Positions 19,489 through 27,593 of a stretch of DNA of 64,000 bases are shown in pieces. This DNA comes from Bacteroidales bacterium (GTDB lineage: Bacteria; Bacteroidota; Bacteroidia; Bacteroidales; JAUNSR01). A program made the position numbers and the translations under genes. The DNA is taken from NCBI GenBank assembly GCA_036655755.1, contig JAVVPN010000003.1:3416-67415 (forward strand), given 5' to 3'. How positions within the stretch are numbered: the stretch's first letter is position 1; every line of letters starts with the position of its first letter. The notes under the pieces were generated by a model. The model saw only the letters and a program-made list of their open reading frames with translations. It was not told the DNA's origin and did no database searches.

Positions 19489-20286
19489 ATGAAGAAATCA
19501 GTTATTTTGCTGGGGTCAGCGATGGCTATAGCATTGACTTCCGGTTGTGGAAGTAATAATAAAAAAGCATCCGAAGAGTCAGCTCCTCAACCTCAGGCAG
19601 AAGCGGAAATTGCTCCTGAAGAGGGCGAAATCGTTTTGTTTGACGGAGAATCGTTTAATGGTTGGCGAGGATATAACCGCCAGGATGTTCCTACTGCATG
19701 GACGATTGAGGATGGCTGTATTAAAATCAATGGGTCAGGGATGGGTGAAGCCGGCGCTAAAGATGGTGGCGATATAATCTTTGATCAGAAGTTTGGTAAT
19801 TTCGAACTTACTTTCGATTGGAAAGTGGATAAAGGCTCTAATTCCGGTATCTTCTATCTAGCTCAGGAAGTGCCAGATAAACCTATTTATTACTCTGCTC
19901 CCGAATATCAGATTTTGGATAACCAAAATCATCCGGATGCCCGACTGGGTATAGATGGTAATCGTTGTTCTGCATCATTATATGATATGATTCCGGCTAA
20001 ACCACAAAATTCAAAACCTTACGGCGAGTGGAATACGGGTAAGATTTTAGTATATAAAGGCACTGTAGTTCACTTCCAGAATGGCGAGCAGATGCTTGAA
20101 TATCATCTGTGGACTCCGGAATGGCAGGAAATGCTTGATAAATGTAAATTCAGTCAGGATAAAAATCCGGTAGCTTACGATTTGCTCATAAATTGTGGCG
20201 GTGATGAAAAAGCCGGTTACATTGGATTGCAAGATCATGGAGATAATGTATGGTATCGCAATATCAAGGTAAAAAAACTAGATTAA
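19489..20286 (+). CDS. DUF1080 (3-keto-disaccharide hydrolase family) lipoprotein
   Basis: The lipobox LTSGCG is present. The DUF1080 hallmarks are FNGWRGY, NSGIFY, EYQILDN and GYIGLQDHGDNVWYRNIKVK. Confidence 0.8.
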   Translation: MKKSVILLGSAMAIALTSGCGSNNKKASEESAPQPQAEAEIAPEEGEIVLFDGESFNGWRGYNRQDVPTAWTIEDGCIKINGSGMGEAGAKDGGDIIFDQKFGNFELTFDWKVDKGSNSGIFYLAQEVPDKPIYYSAPEYQILDNQNHPDARLGIDGNRCSASLYDMIPAKPQNSKPYGEWNTGKILVYKGTVVHFQNGEQMLEYHLWTPEWQEMLDKCKFSQDKNPVAYDLLINCGGDEKAGYIGLQDHGDNVWYRNIKVKKLD

Positions 20287-20303
20287 GATTATTTTTTAAC
20301 TAT

Positions 20304-20342
20304 AAGGTTGTTTCAGTTTGATTGTCAAATTGAAACAACCTT
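20304..20342 (+). other. 18-bp stem-loop in the gap between the DUF1080 and DoxX genes
   Basis: AAGGTTGTTTCAGTTTGA (20304-20321) pairs with TCAAATTGAAACAACCTT (20325-20342) with a single G-T wobble and a 3-nt loop. The downstream GTTGATTTTA is only moderately T-rich. Confidence 0.6.
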
Positions 20343-20371
20343 GTTGATTTTATAGCGTTGGAGATTACTTA

Positions 20372-20872
20372 ATGATGACAAATATTTATTCAAAAACACA
20401 GTTTTGGTCGTTGTTGTTACTTCGGCTGGCCGTCGGATGGCACTTTTTATATGAAGGGATTGTTAAGTTTATGAATCCCAAATGGACATCCTATGCTTAT
20501 CTGATGGATGCAAAAGGGTTTATGGCAGGCGTATTTCATGAAATTGCCGCGAGACCTGCTTTATTGGAAGTGGCCGATGTCTTAAATATGACCGGTTTGA
20601 CACTGGTCGGATTAGCTCTCATTACCGGATGTCTGGTTAATTGGGCGGCTATCGGCGGAATAATCATGTTGGTATTCTATTTCCTTTCTCATATTCCGTT
20701 TGTCGACGCGGCTTATTTACTACCCGCAGAGGGCTCTTATTTATGGGTGGACAAGAATATCATCGAGATATTTACCTTATTGGTAATTTTTTATTTTCCG
20801 ACTTCACGTATTGTCGGAATCGACAGATGGGTATATCGAAATAGCAAACATAATTTACAGGAGGTAGGATGA
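20372..20872 (+). CDS. DoxX family membrane protein
   Basis: The 166-aa ORF has four predicted TM helices and the N-terminal LLLRLAVGWHFLYEGIVKF typical of DoxX. Its stop overlaps the next start (ATGA). Confidence 0.8.
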   Translation: MMTNIYSKTQFWSLLLLRLAVGWHFLYEGIVKFMNPKWTSYAYLMDAKGFMAGVFHEIAARPALLEVADVLNMTGLTLVGLALITGCLVNWAAIGGIIMLVFYFLSHIPFVDAAYLLPAEGSYLWVDKNIIEIFTLLVIFYFPTSRIVGIDRWVYRNSKHNLQEVG

Positions 20873-22479
20873 GCAAGATGAATGGAAGAAGAGAATGGTT
20901 GAAAACCCTGGCAACAGTTCCCTTATTGGGAGCCATGGGGTATGGCGTTTATCAGAAAGCAAAGTATAACCGCATGCGCCGGAATGTAGGGGATGTATTT
21001 CACCTTGACAAGAAATCGCCTACGATGATACCTGCAGCGCCGGATGGAAGAACAATTCGGCTGGGTATAATCGGAAATGGTATCCGTGGCAAATTGCTGA
21101 TGCGTTCGTGTGGTTTTGCTACCCCCGAATATGTCGATCAGATAAAAAAAGATGGTGAAGACAATCCTCAGAACAAAAGATATGAGATATTCAAGAACCA
21201 GGAAGACCTCAATGTAAAAGTGGTTGCGGTATGTGATATCTTTGATGCGTATGCCGACGAAGCCGTAAAGGCCGGCGCCAATATTTACAAAGAAGGTACA
21301 ACCGGTAAGCAGGGGGATGCTCCTAAGCGCTACCGACATTATAAACAGTTGTTGGCCGATCCAGAAGTGGATGCCGTTATTATAGCAACTCCCGATCACT
21401 GGCATGGCACGATGGCGATTGATGCCGCTCTTGCCGGTAAGCATGTTTACCTTGAGAAACCAACGACCTGGACGGTTCCTGAAACTTATTTGTTGAGAGA
21501 TGTGATAAATCAATCGGGCATCGTCTTTCAGCTGGGGCACCAGGGACGTCAAACGGATAGCTATATCCGGGCAAAAGAGATTGTTGATAAGGGGATTCTC
21601 GGATCTGTAAACCTGATTGAGGTATGTACAAATCGAAATGACCCGAATGGAGCCTGGGTGTATGATATTCACCCTGATGCGAATCCGGATACCATTGACT
21701 GGAATCAGTTCGTACCCGATGAAACTCGCCTGAAAGAATATATGGATTACATGACTTCGAATGGTCTGGAGCGTTATATGGGGCCCGATTCATTCGATAA
21801 ATTCAGCCTCGAACGTTTCTTCCGCTGGCGTTGTTGGTGGGATTACAGTACCGGACTGAGTGGTGATTTGCTGACGCATGAATATGATGCCATAAATCAG
21901 ATAATGGGGGTGGGAATTCCACATTCGGCAACTTCTTCGGGGGGTGTCTATTTCTTTAAAGATGGCCGAACAGTGCCAGATGTATTGCAGACTACCTTTG
22001 AATTCCCGGAAAAAAACCTCACGATGCTTTACAGCGCTACTCTTGCTAGTACGCGTAAACGGGGGAAGGTTTTCATGGGACATGATGCGAGCATGGAACT
22101 CGACAATACCCTTGTCGTTAAAGTGGATCGCGATTCAACACGCTACAAAGAGAAAATACAACAGGGTATTATCCAGCCGGAAGTGCCTTTCTATACTTAT
22201 ACGCCGGGATCGGATAATGTGGATGCGATCAGTTCGGCTACCGAATTGTATTTTGCTCAGCGCGGATTGCTCTATACTTATGTCGACGGCAAACAATATG
22301 ACACCACTTTTCTGCATATAAGGGAGTGGCTCGAATGTATTCGTCAGGGATTGGCTCCGAGTTGCGGCATCCAACCCGCTTTTGAAGAGGCCATTGCCGC
22401 TCATATGGGCACACGTGCTTATCTTGAAGGATGTACAATGTATTGGGACAAAGAAAATGAGGAGATCGTGCGAGGATAG
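20869..22479 (+). CDS. Gfo/Idh/MocA family oxidoreductase with N-terminal RR-containing signal/anchor
   Basis: The N-terminus is GRREWLKTLATVPLLGAMG. Family motifs include IIGNGIRG, DAVIIATPDHWH and YLEKP. Confidence 0.85.
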   Translation: MSKMNGRREWLKTLATVPLLGAMGYGVYQKAKYNRMRRNVGDVFHLDKKSPTMIPAAPDGRTIRLGIIGNGIRGKLLMRSCGFATPEYVDQIKKDGEDNPQNKRYEIFKNQEDLNVKVVAVCDIFDAYADEAVKAGANIYKEGTTGKQGDAPKRYRHYKQLLADPEVDAVIIATPDHWHGTMAIDAALAGKHVYLEKPTTWTVPETYLLRDVINQSGIVFQLGHQGRQTDSYIRAKEIVDKGILGSVNLIEVCTNRNDPNGAWVYDIHPDANPDTIDWNQFVPDETRLKEYMDYMTSNGLERYMGPDSFDKFSLERFFRWRCWWDYSTGLSGDLLTHEYDAINQIMGVGIPHSATSSGGVYFFKDGRTVPDVLQTTFEFPEKNLTMLYSATLASTRKRGKVFMGHDASMELDNTLVVKVDRDSTRYKEKIQQGIIQPEVPFYTYTPGSDNVDAISSATELYFAQRGLLYTYVDGKQYDTTFLHIREWLECIRQGLAPSCGIQPAFEEAIAAHMGTRAYLEGCTMYWDKENEEIVRG

Positions 22480-22505
22480 TTTTTAAATCTAATAATTTAT
22501 TTACC

Positions 22506-23372
22506 ATGCGAAACAAAGTGATCATGTTTATACTGGTGGTGGGAGCCGTATTTGGTATTCTGTCTGCCTTCAATGAAATCCCCCGTAAAGAAATAGGCTT
22601 GCAACTATATTCAATCCGTGAGGATATCGGTAAGAATCTTCAGGCTTCGATAGATTCGGTTGCGGCAGCCGGTTATACGTTTGTCGAGGCTGCGAATTAT
22701 GAAAACGGCAAGTTCTATAATATGGAGCCGCAGGCTTTTCGCCGAATGCTCGACGAAAAGAAACTCCGGTTTATCTCGTCGCATATAGGTAGAGATCTGC
22801 CCGATTCATTAAATTATGCCGAAACAATGGCATGGTGGGATAAGGCGATTGCGGCACATCAAGCGGCGGGTGTTTCCTATATCGTGCAGCCCTGGATGGG
22901 GAAGGTGGGGTATAACTCACTGGAAGGATTACAGCGCTACTGCGATTATTTTAATGAAGTAGGCAACAAATGCAATAAGGCGGGTATCCGTTTCGGATAC
23001 CATAATCATTCGCAGGAGTTCGTGCAGTTGGAAGGCGAAACCATTTATGATTATATGCTTACCCATACCGATCCTGAGAAAGTGTTTTTTCAGATCGATG
23101 TGTATTGGGCTACAAAGGGGGGGGCGAATCCGATTGACTACATGACCAGATATCCCGGTCGCTTTGAGTTGTGGCATGTAAAGGATGAAAAAGAGATTGG
23201 TGCCAGTGGTGAGATTGATTTTGAGGCTATCTACCAAAAAGCTTCAGAGGCCGGTATGAAATATGCTATCATTGAACAAGAAGATTTTACTACCACCGCT
23301 TTCCCCGGAATCCGTCAAAGCTGCGAATTCATACAGAAAGCTGCTTATGTGAAAAACACTTATTCTAACTAA
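22506..23372 (+). CDS. sugar phosphate isomerase/epimerase (xylose isomerase-like TIM barrel) with N-terminal signal/anchor
   Basis: A hydrophobic N-terminus is followed by GLQLYSIRE, YHNH and WHVKD motifs typical of the AP endonuclease 2/xylose isomerase-like fold. Confidence 0.85.
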   Translation: MRNKVIMFILVVGAVFGILSAFNEIPRKEIGLQLYSIREDIGKNLQASIDSVAAAGYTFVEAANYENGKFYNMEPQAFRRMLDEKKLRFISSHIGRDLPDSLNYAETMAWWDKAIAAHQAAGVSYIVQPWMGKVGYNSLEGLQRYCDYFNEVGNKCNKAGIRFGYHNHSQEFVQLEGETIYDYMLTHTDPEKVFFQIDVYWATKGGANPIDYMTRYPGRFELWHVKDEKEIGASGEIDFEAIYQKASEAGMKYAIIEQEDFTTTAFPGIRQSCEFIQKAAYVKNTYSN

Positions 23373-23406
23373 GTCCTGAAATAATCCCATAAAAAATATT
23401 TATACT

Positions 23407-23452
23407 AAAAAGGCAGAAGGCCGGTTCTGAAAACCGGTCTTCTGCCTTTTTT
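23407..23452. terminator. bidirectional intrinsic terminator between convergent genes
   Basis: A 16-bp stem (AGGCAGAAGGCCGGTT / AACCGGTCTTCTGCCT, one wobble) is flanked by A4 and T6. Confidence 0.8.
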
Positions 23453-23481
23453 ATCTCAGTGGGATATCTCCTTATTATTAC

Positions 23482-24351
23482 TTAAATCCGCTCTAATACT
23501 TTTCCGATAAGAGTATTGATTGAATCTTTGTAATTAATATTTGTATTATGCGCCACGCGGTTTGCGATAATAGAGCAAACCGTCATTGCCCGATGGCCAA
23601 GCATCAAAGCCAACCCTGCAAGCGCCGAACTTTCCATCTCGTAGTTGGTTACTTTACGTCCGTGGAATTCGAATGCTTCGATATTACGGTTCAGATCCGG
23701 ATTTGCCAATGGTAAGCGAAGTTCACGTCCCTGCGGTCCGTAGAATCCGTTTGCCGAAATAGTAATACCCAATACCATATCATCCAAAGCGATGCGTGCT
23801 ACAAGTTCTGCATCGGCATCCACTACATAAGGAGCTGCAGCTTGTTTCGGATAACCCGTATATTCTACAAATGCTTTCTCAAATTCAAGATCACAATATT
23901 TATCGCGGTCGGCATAAAAATTCAATACACCGTCGAATCCGATTGAGCTTTGCGACACCACGAATGTCCCTACCGGAACAAACGGCTGTAATCCGCCCGA
24001 AGTACCGATACGTACCATATCCAGTTTTGTAAGCTGAGGTTTTACCGTACGGGTTTCGAAATCGATGTTCGCTAATGCGTCGAGCTCGTTTACAACGATA
24101 TCGATGTTGTCGGTACCGATTCCGTGAGAAATGGCAGTAATTCGTTTTCCTTTATATGTACCGGTAATCGTATGAAATTCACGGTTGGTTACATTTACTT
24201 CCTGTGTGTCGAAGTGCGATGCTACCAGGTCTACACGAGCCGGGTCGCCTACCAGAATAATCTTGTCGGCAATCTGTCCCGGTAACAGGTGCAGATGGAA
24301 AATAGTGCCGTCAGGATTAATAATTAATTCAGATGCTGGTATCTCTTTCAT
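23482..24351 (-). CDS. nucleoside phosphorylase (PNP/UDP family, uridine phosphorylase-like)
   Basis: The 289-aa ORF has family-like segments (LVGDPARV, GIGTDNIDIV, RIGTSGG, EMESSAL). Confidence 0.8.
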   Translation of the reverse strand: MKEIPASELIINPDGTIFHLHLLPGQIADKIILVGDPARVDLVASHFDTQEVNVTNREFHTITGTYKGKRITAISHGIGTDNIDIVVNELDALANIDFETRTVKPQLTKLDMVRIGTSGGLQPFVPVGTFVVSQSSIGFDGVLNFYADRDKYCDLEFEKAFVEYTGYPKQAAAPYVVDADAELVARIALDDMVLGITISANGFYGPQGRELRLPLANPDLNRNIEAFEFHGRKVTNYEMESSALAGLALMLGHRAMTVCSIIANRVAHNTNINYKDSINTLIGKVLERI

Positions 24352-24489
24352 CGTTCTAAAAAATTATATGTTAGCAATTTGAGGATATTTACACCCCCTG
24401 AGCTGTAAATATCCTCATCATTAAGTAAAGCTTATCAACTACTCTAAACTATAACAGCATTTATTATCAAACAGTTTTAGTCTTGATTC

Positions 24490-25461
24490 TTATTTTGCAG
24501 TGGTCGGGCCACTTCCGGCAATCGAATCGCGCATTTCTGTATCGGCTTGGATGTTTTTCATCCGATAATAATCCATAATGCCCAGATTCCCGTTGCGGAA
24601 TGCAGCTGCGATAGCTTCGGGCACTTGCGTTTCGGCCTCAATTACTTTGGCGCGCGCTTCCTGTGCTTTGGCAATCATCTCTTGTTCGCGGGCAATTGCC
24701 ATCGCGCGGCGTTCCTCCGCTTTTGCCTGTGCGATATTCTTATCGGCGTTAGCCTGGTCAATCTGCAATTCAGCCCCGATGTTCTTGCCGATATCAATAT
24801 CCGCGATGTCAATCGATAGGATTTCGAAAGCCGTACCCGAATCGAGTCCTTTGCGCAATACGAGTTTCGATATCGAATCCGGGTTTTCCAATACGCTCTT
24901 ATGCGAGTCGGACGATCCGATTGACGACACGATACCTTCGCCTACACGTGCCAGGATTGTATCTTCACCTGCACCTCCGACCAATTGGCGGATATTTGCA
25001 CGTACCGTAACACGCGCTTTTGCAATCAGCTGAATTCCATCTTTCGCCACAGCAATTACGGGCGGTGTATCAATCACTTTGGGGTTTACCGACATTTGCA
25101 CTGCCTGAAATACGTCACGGCCGGCAAGGTCGATTGCTGTAGCATCTTTAAAGCTCAATACGATGTTCGCTTTCGAAGCCGATACCAACGCATGCACTAC
25201 GCGTTCAATATGACCTCCCGCCAGATAGTGAGCTTCCAGCTCGTCGCGCGTAATCGTATTCAACCCCGCTTTGTGGGCTTCGATCATTGCCCGTACGATA
25301 ATCTGCGGCGGTACATGGCGGATGCGCATCAGTACTAATTGTACCAATGAAATATGTACTCCCGATACTTTGGCCGAAATCCACAATAGTACCGGTACAA
25401 AATGGAAGAAGAGAAACAGGAGAATCAGTATGATTCCCAATAAAATTAAAGATTCAACCAT
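24490..25461 (-). CDS. floA: flotillin-like protein FloA (UPF0365/YqfA family, SPFH domain)
   Basis: The N-terminal anchor is followed by [35 protein letters not shown], characteristic of FloA. The C-terminus is Ala/Glu-rich coiled coil. Confidence 0.85.
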   Translation of the reverse strand: MVESLILLGIILILLFLFFHFVPVLLWISAKVSGVHISLVQLVLMRIRHVPPQIIVRAMIEAHKAGLNTITRDELEAHYLAGGHIERVVHALVSASKANIVLSFKDATAIDLAGRDVFQAVQMSVNPKVIDTPPVIAVAKDGIQLIAKARVTVRANIRQLVGGAGEDTILARVGEGIVSSIGSSDSHKSVLENPDSISKLVLRKGLDSGTAFEILSIDIADIDIGKNIGAELQIDQANADKNIAQAKAEERRAMAIAREQEMIAKAQEARAKVIEAETQVPEAIAAAFRNGNLGIMDYYRMKNIQADTEMRDSIAGSGPTTAK

Positions 25462-25470
25462 AGAATTATT

Positions 25471-25947
25471 TTATTTGTGAGTTTGTTTTACAATGATTTT
25501 GGTCGCTTCTGTTTTGACCACTTCAACCGGTTTGTTTACCTCGATGAATCCTTCCTCCGATTTAGCCTCTACCGGCAGGTCATGAATCAGCACCGTACCC
25601 ATCGGGTTCATGATAGAGAGTGTTACCCCTTTATCGCCCGGTAGAATTTCGGTCGAAATCTTATTCGGTGCAGTCGAATCGATCTCTTTATGAAGCGACA
25701 TCCTATTCAGGATTTTACCTTTGATGAATTTGTATATTCCGAATATGAGCGCCACCAGACACAAAATAAGGGTGATATTCCCCCACAGCGGCCCCAGATG
25801 TTCATATGCGTACCATACCGAACCACCCATAAAGGCTACTCCTGCTATTCCGGTAAATCCGAATCCCGGAATCAGGAATACTTCAAGAATGATCAGTCCG
25901 ATTCCGAACAGAGCCAATACCAGGATGATTATAAAATCGAGTATCAT
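25471..25947 (-). CDS. NfeD family membrane protein
   Basis: The 158-aa ORF has three or four TM helices followed by an OB-like soluble C-terminal domain. It lies 9 bp upstream of floA, the classic NfeD-SPFH pairing. Confidence 0.8.
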   Translation of the reverse strand: MILDFIIILVLALFGIGLIILEVFLIPGFGFTGIAGVAFMGGSVWYAYEHLGPLWGNITLILCLVALIFGIYKFIKGKILNRMSLHKEIDSTAPNKISTEILPGDKGVTLSIMNPMGTVLIHDLPVEAKSEEGFIEVNKPVEVVKTEATKIIVKQTHK

Positions 25948-25958
25948 GATATTCCGGT

Positions 25959-27419
25959 TTAACGTCGTTGGCGTAAATAATTGATTTCAGCGTTGCGGGC
26001 TTCCACTTCGAGCTGTTCATACTGTAGTTGCAGTTGGTCGGTTTTACCCTCTAGTTGCAATATCTTTCCTTTAATTTTATTGCGCAATGCATTATTGCCG
26101 TATGCCCATTCTTTGCGTAAATCTTCGAGTTCCTGTTTGTCTGCGTTATATAGCTTCTGCATATCGACAGCCTGTTCGTATAACTTACGCGCCTTCGGAT
26201 TTTCAAAATCGTCGAGATTATAATAAATGATCTTGTCATTGATTACAAAGAAAAATGCTCCTTTCTGTTTTGAAAGATCTGTTTCTGTATTATAAATCGA
26301 ATAAAGCAACTTTTCATAGTTGGCGTTTTCGGGCCATGTTGCCTGAATCGATGTGATACGCGCCCGGTCGCGTAGTTCGGCAGGCGGCAGGTCGCGGTAA
26401 TAAGTTTTCTCGCCGAAATTCGGAATGAACAGGTAAATGATCACTTTATCTTCCGGTTGATAACGGTCGGAGGCAAACCATCCCACCTGATTTCCTTCGT
26501 CAATAGCCATCAGATAGTCGTTGAAAGGCGAGTTGAAAGGCATCGGCAAATGTTCGGGCGTGAAATAAGATCCGTTCGATACATTATATTTGGTAATGTA
26601 CAAATCATATCCCCCCAGCGATTCACCCCGATCGGACGAAAAATAAATCGTGGTTCCGTCGGTCATTACGAATGGATAATTTTCATTCGCCGCCGTATTG
26701 ATATTGTCCGGAAACGGTACCGGATCGCTCCAGTTATTGCCATGAAGTTTGCTGCTTTCATACAGATCGAATCCGTTGCCGCCATTCTTCTTACCGAATA
26801 CGCGGCGATCGCCTCGCTGTGACTCAAACAACAGATCGCCTTCGCCTGCTACGGCTTGTGACAATAATTTATAGTCGAGAAAACGGCCTGATTCCTGACC
26901 AAGTTTATAATATTCAAAGAATTTGTTCTTGTCTACGATGATGCTATCGATAAATACAACATCCTCAACGCGCCCGAGTGCTTTTTCACCCAATGCCGCC
27001 TGTTCTATCAGCGAATCGATGCGGGCTGTTTCCTGTGGGTCTTTTTTTACCGTGGCCTTGTATTTTTCGTAATTGGCAATCGCTTCGTCAAAGCGGTATT
27101 CGCGCTCATAAACAGCTGCCAATAGGGGATAAGCACCCGATATGCGCCGTTTTGCGGCAATTGCCAGGTATTTTTCGGCTTCGGCATAATTGCCGGTTTC
27201 ATACAGCGCTTCGCCATACCATTTGTTTACATCTGCACGCGATCCGTATTGTTTGATCAATGTGCTAAAGGCTTCTGCAGCTTTTGCGTATTCTTTGTTT
27301 CGAATCAATTCACGAGCCTGGTCAAGCGTTTGACTCTGAGTCGTAAAGCAATTGCCGGCTGTCAGCAGACAACCGATGAAAAATCCGCGTATGCAATTAT
27401 GATTTATTTTTAAGTACAT
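25959..27419 (-). CDS. TPR plus WD40-like (PD40/TolB-type) repeat protein with C-terminal coiled coil
   Basis: A signal-like N-terminus and TPR-like helices (YGEALYETGNYAEAEKYL) are followed by PD40-like segments (TIYFSSDR..GGYDLY, GWFASDR) and a heptad-rich tail. Confidence 0.7.
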   Translation of the reverse strand: MYLKINHNCIRGFFIGCLLTAGNCFTTQSQTLDQARELIRNKEYAKAAEAFSTLIKQYGSRADVNKWYGEALYETGNYAEAEKYLAIAAKRRISGAYPLLAAVYEREYRFDEAIANYEKYKATVKKDPQETARIDSLIEQAALGEKALGRVEDVVFIDSIIVDKNKFFEYYKLGQESGRFLDYKLLSQAVAGEGDLLFESQRGDRRVFGKKNGGNGFDLYESSKLHGNNWSDPVPFPDNINTAANENYPFVMTDGTTIYFSSDRGESLGGYDLYITKYNVSNGSYFTPEHLPMPFNSPFNDYLMAIDEGNQVGWFASDRYQPEDKVIIYLFIPNFGEKTYYRDLPPAELRDRARITSIQATWPENANYEKLLYSIYNTETDLSKQKGAFFFVINDKIIYYNLDDFENPKARKLYEQAVDMQKLYNADKQELEDLRKEWAYGNNALRNKIKGKILQLEGKTDQLQLQYEQLEVEARNAEINYLRQRR

Positions 27420-27561
27420 CCTTGCTAAAGTTAAAAAACGATATAGACAAAGCTAATAAATATTTCGGTTGTAACTTCTATTGAGTTCTTCAAAATATCC
27501 GTTTACTTTTTCTAATCTTTTTTTATCCTGCTTCAGTTTCTATAATATTGGGAATATATGT

Positions 27562-27569
27562 TAATTTTG
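27562..27569 (+). promoter_or_regulatory. candidate -7 box for the purF-like gene
   Basis: TAATTTTG lies 25 nt upstream of the ATG at 27594 and downstream of the track start at 27558. This argues for the 27594 start. Confidence 0.45.
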
Positions 27570-27593
27570 CGGCGAATTAACACAAGCATAATT

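Noticed and set aside
24391-24427. A 13-bp hairpin (GAGGATATTTACA/TGTAAATATCCTC) downstream of floA, considered as a regulatory element.
   Set aside because: It is most simply the floA operon terminator or RNA-stabilising hairpin, although the U-tract is poor. Nothing else distinguishes it.
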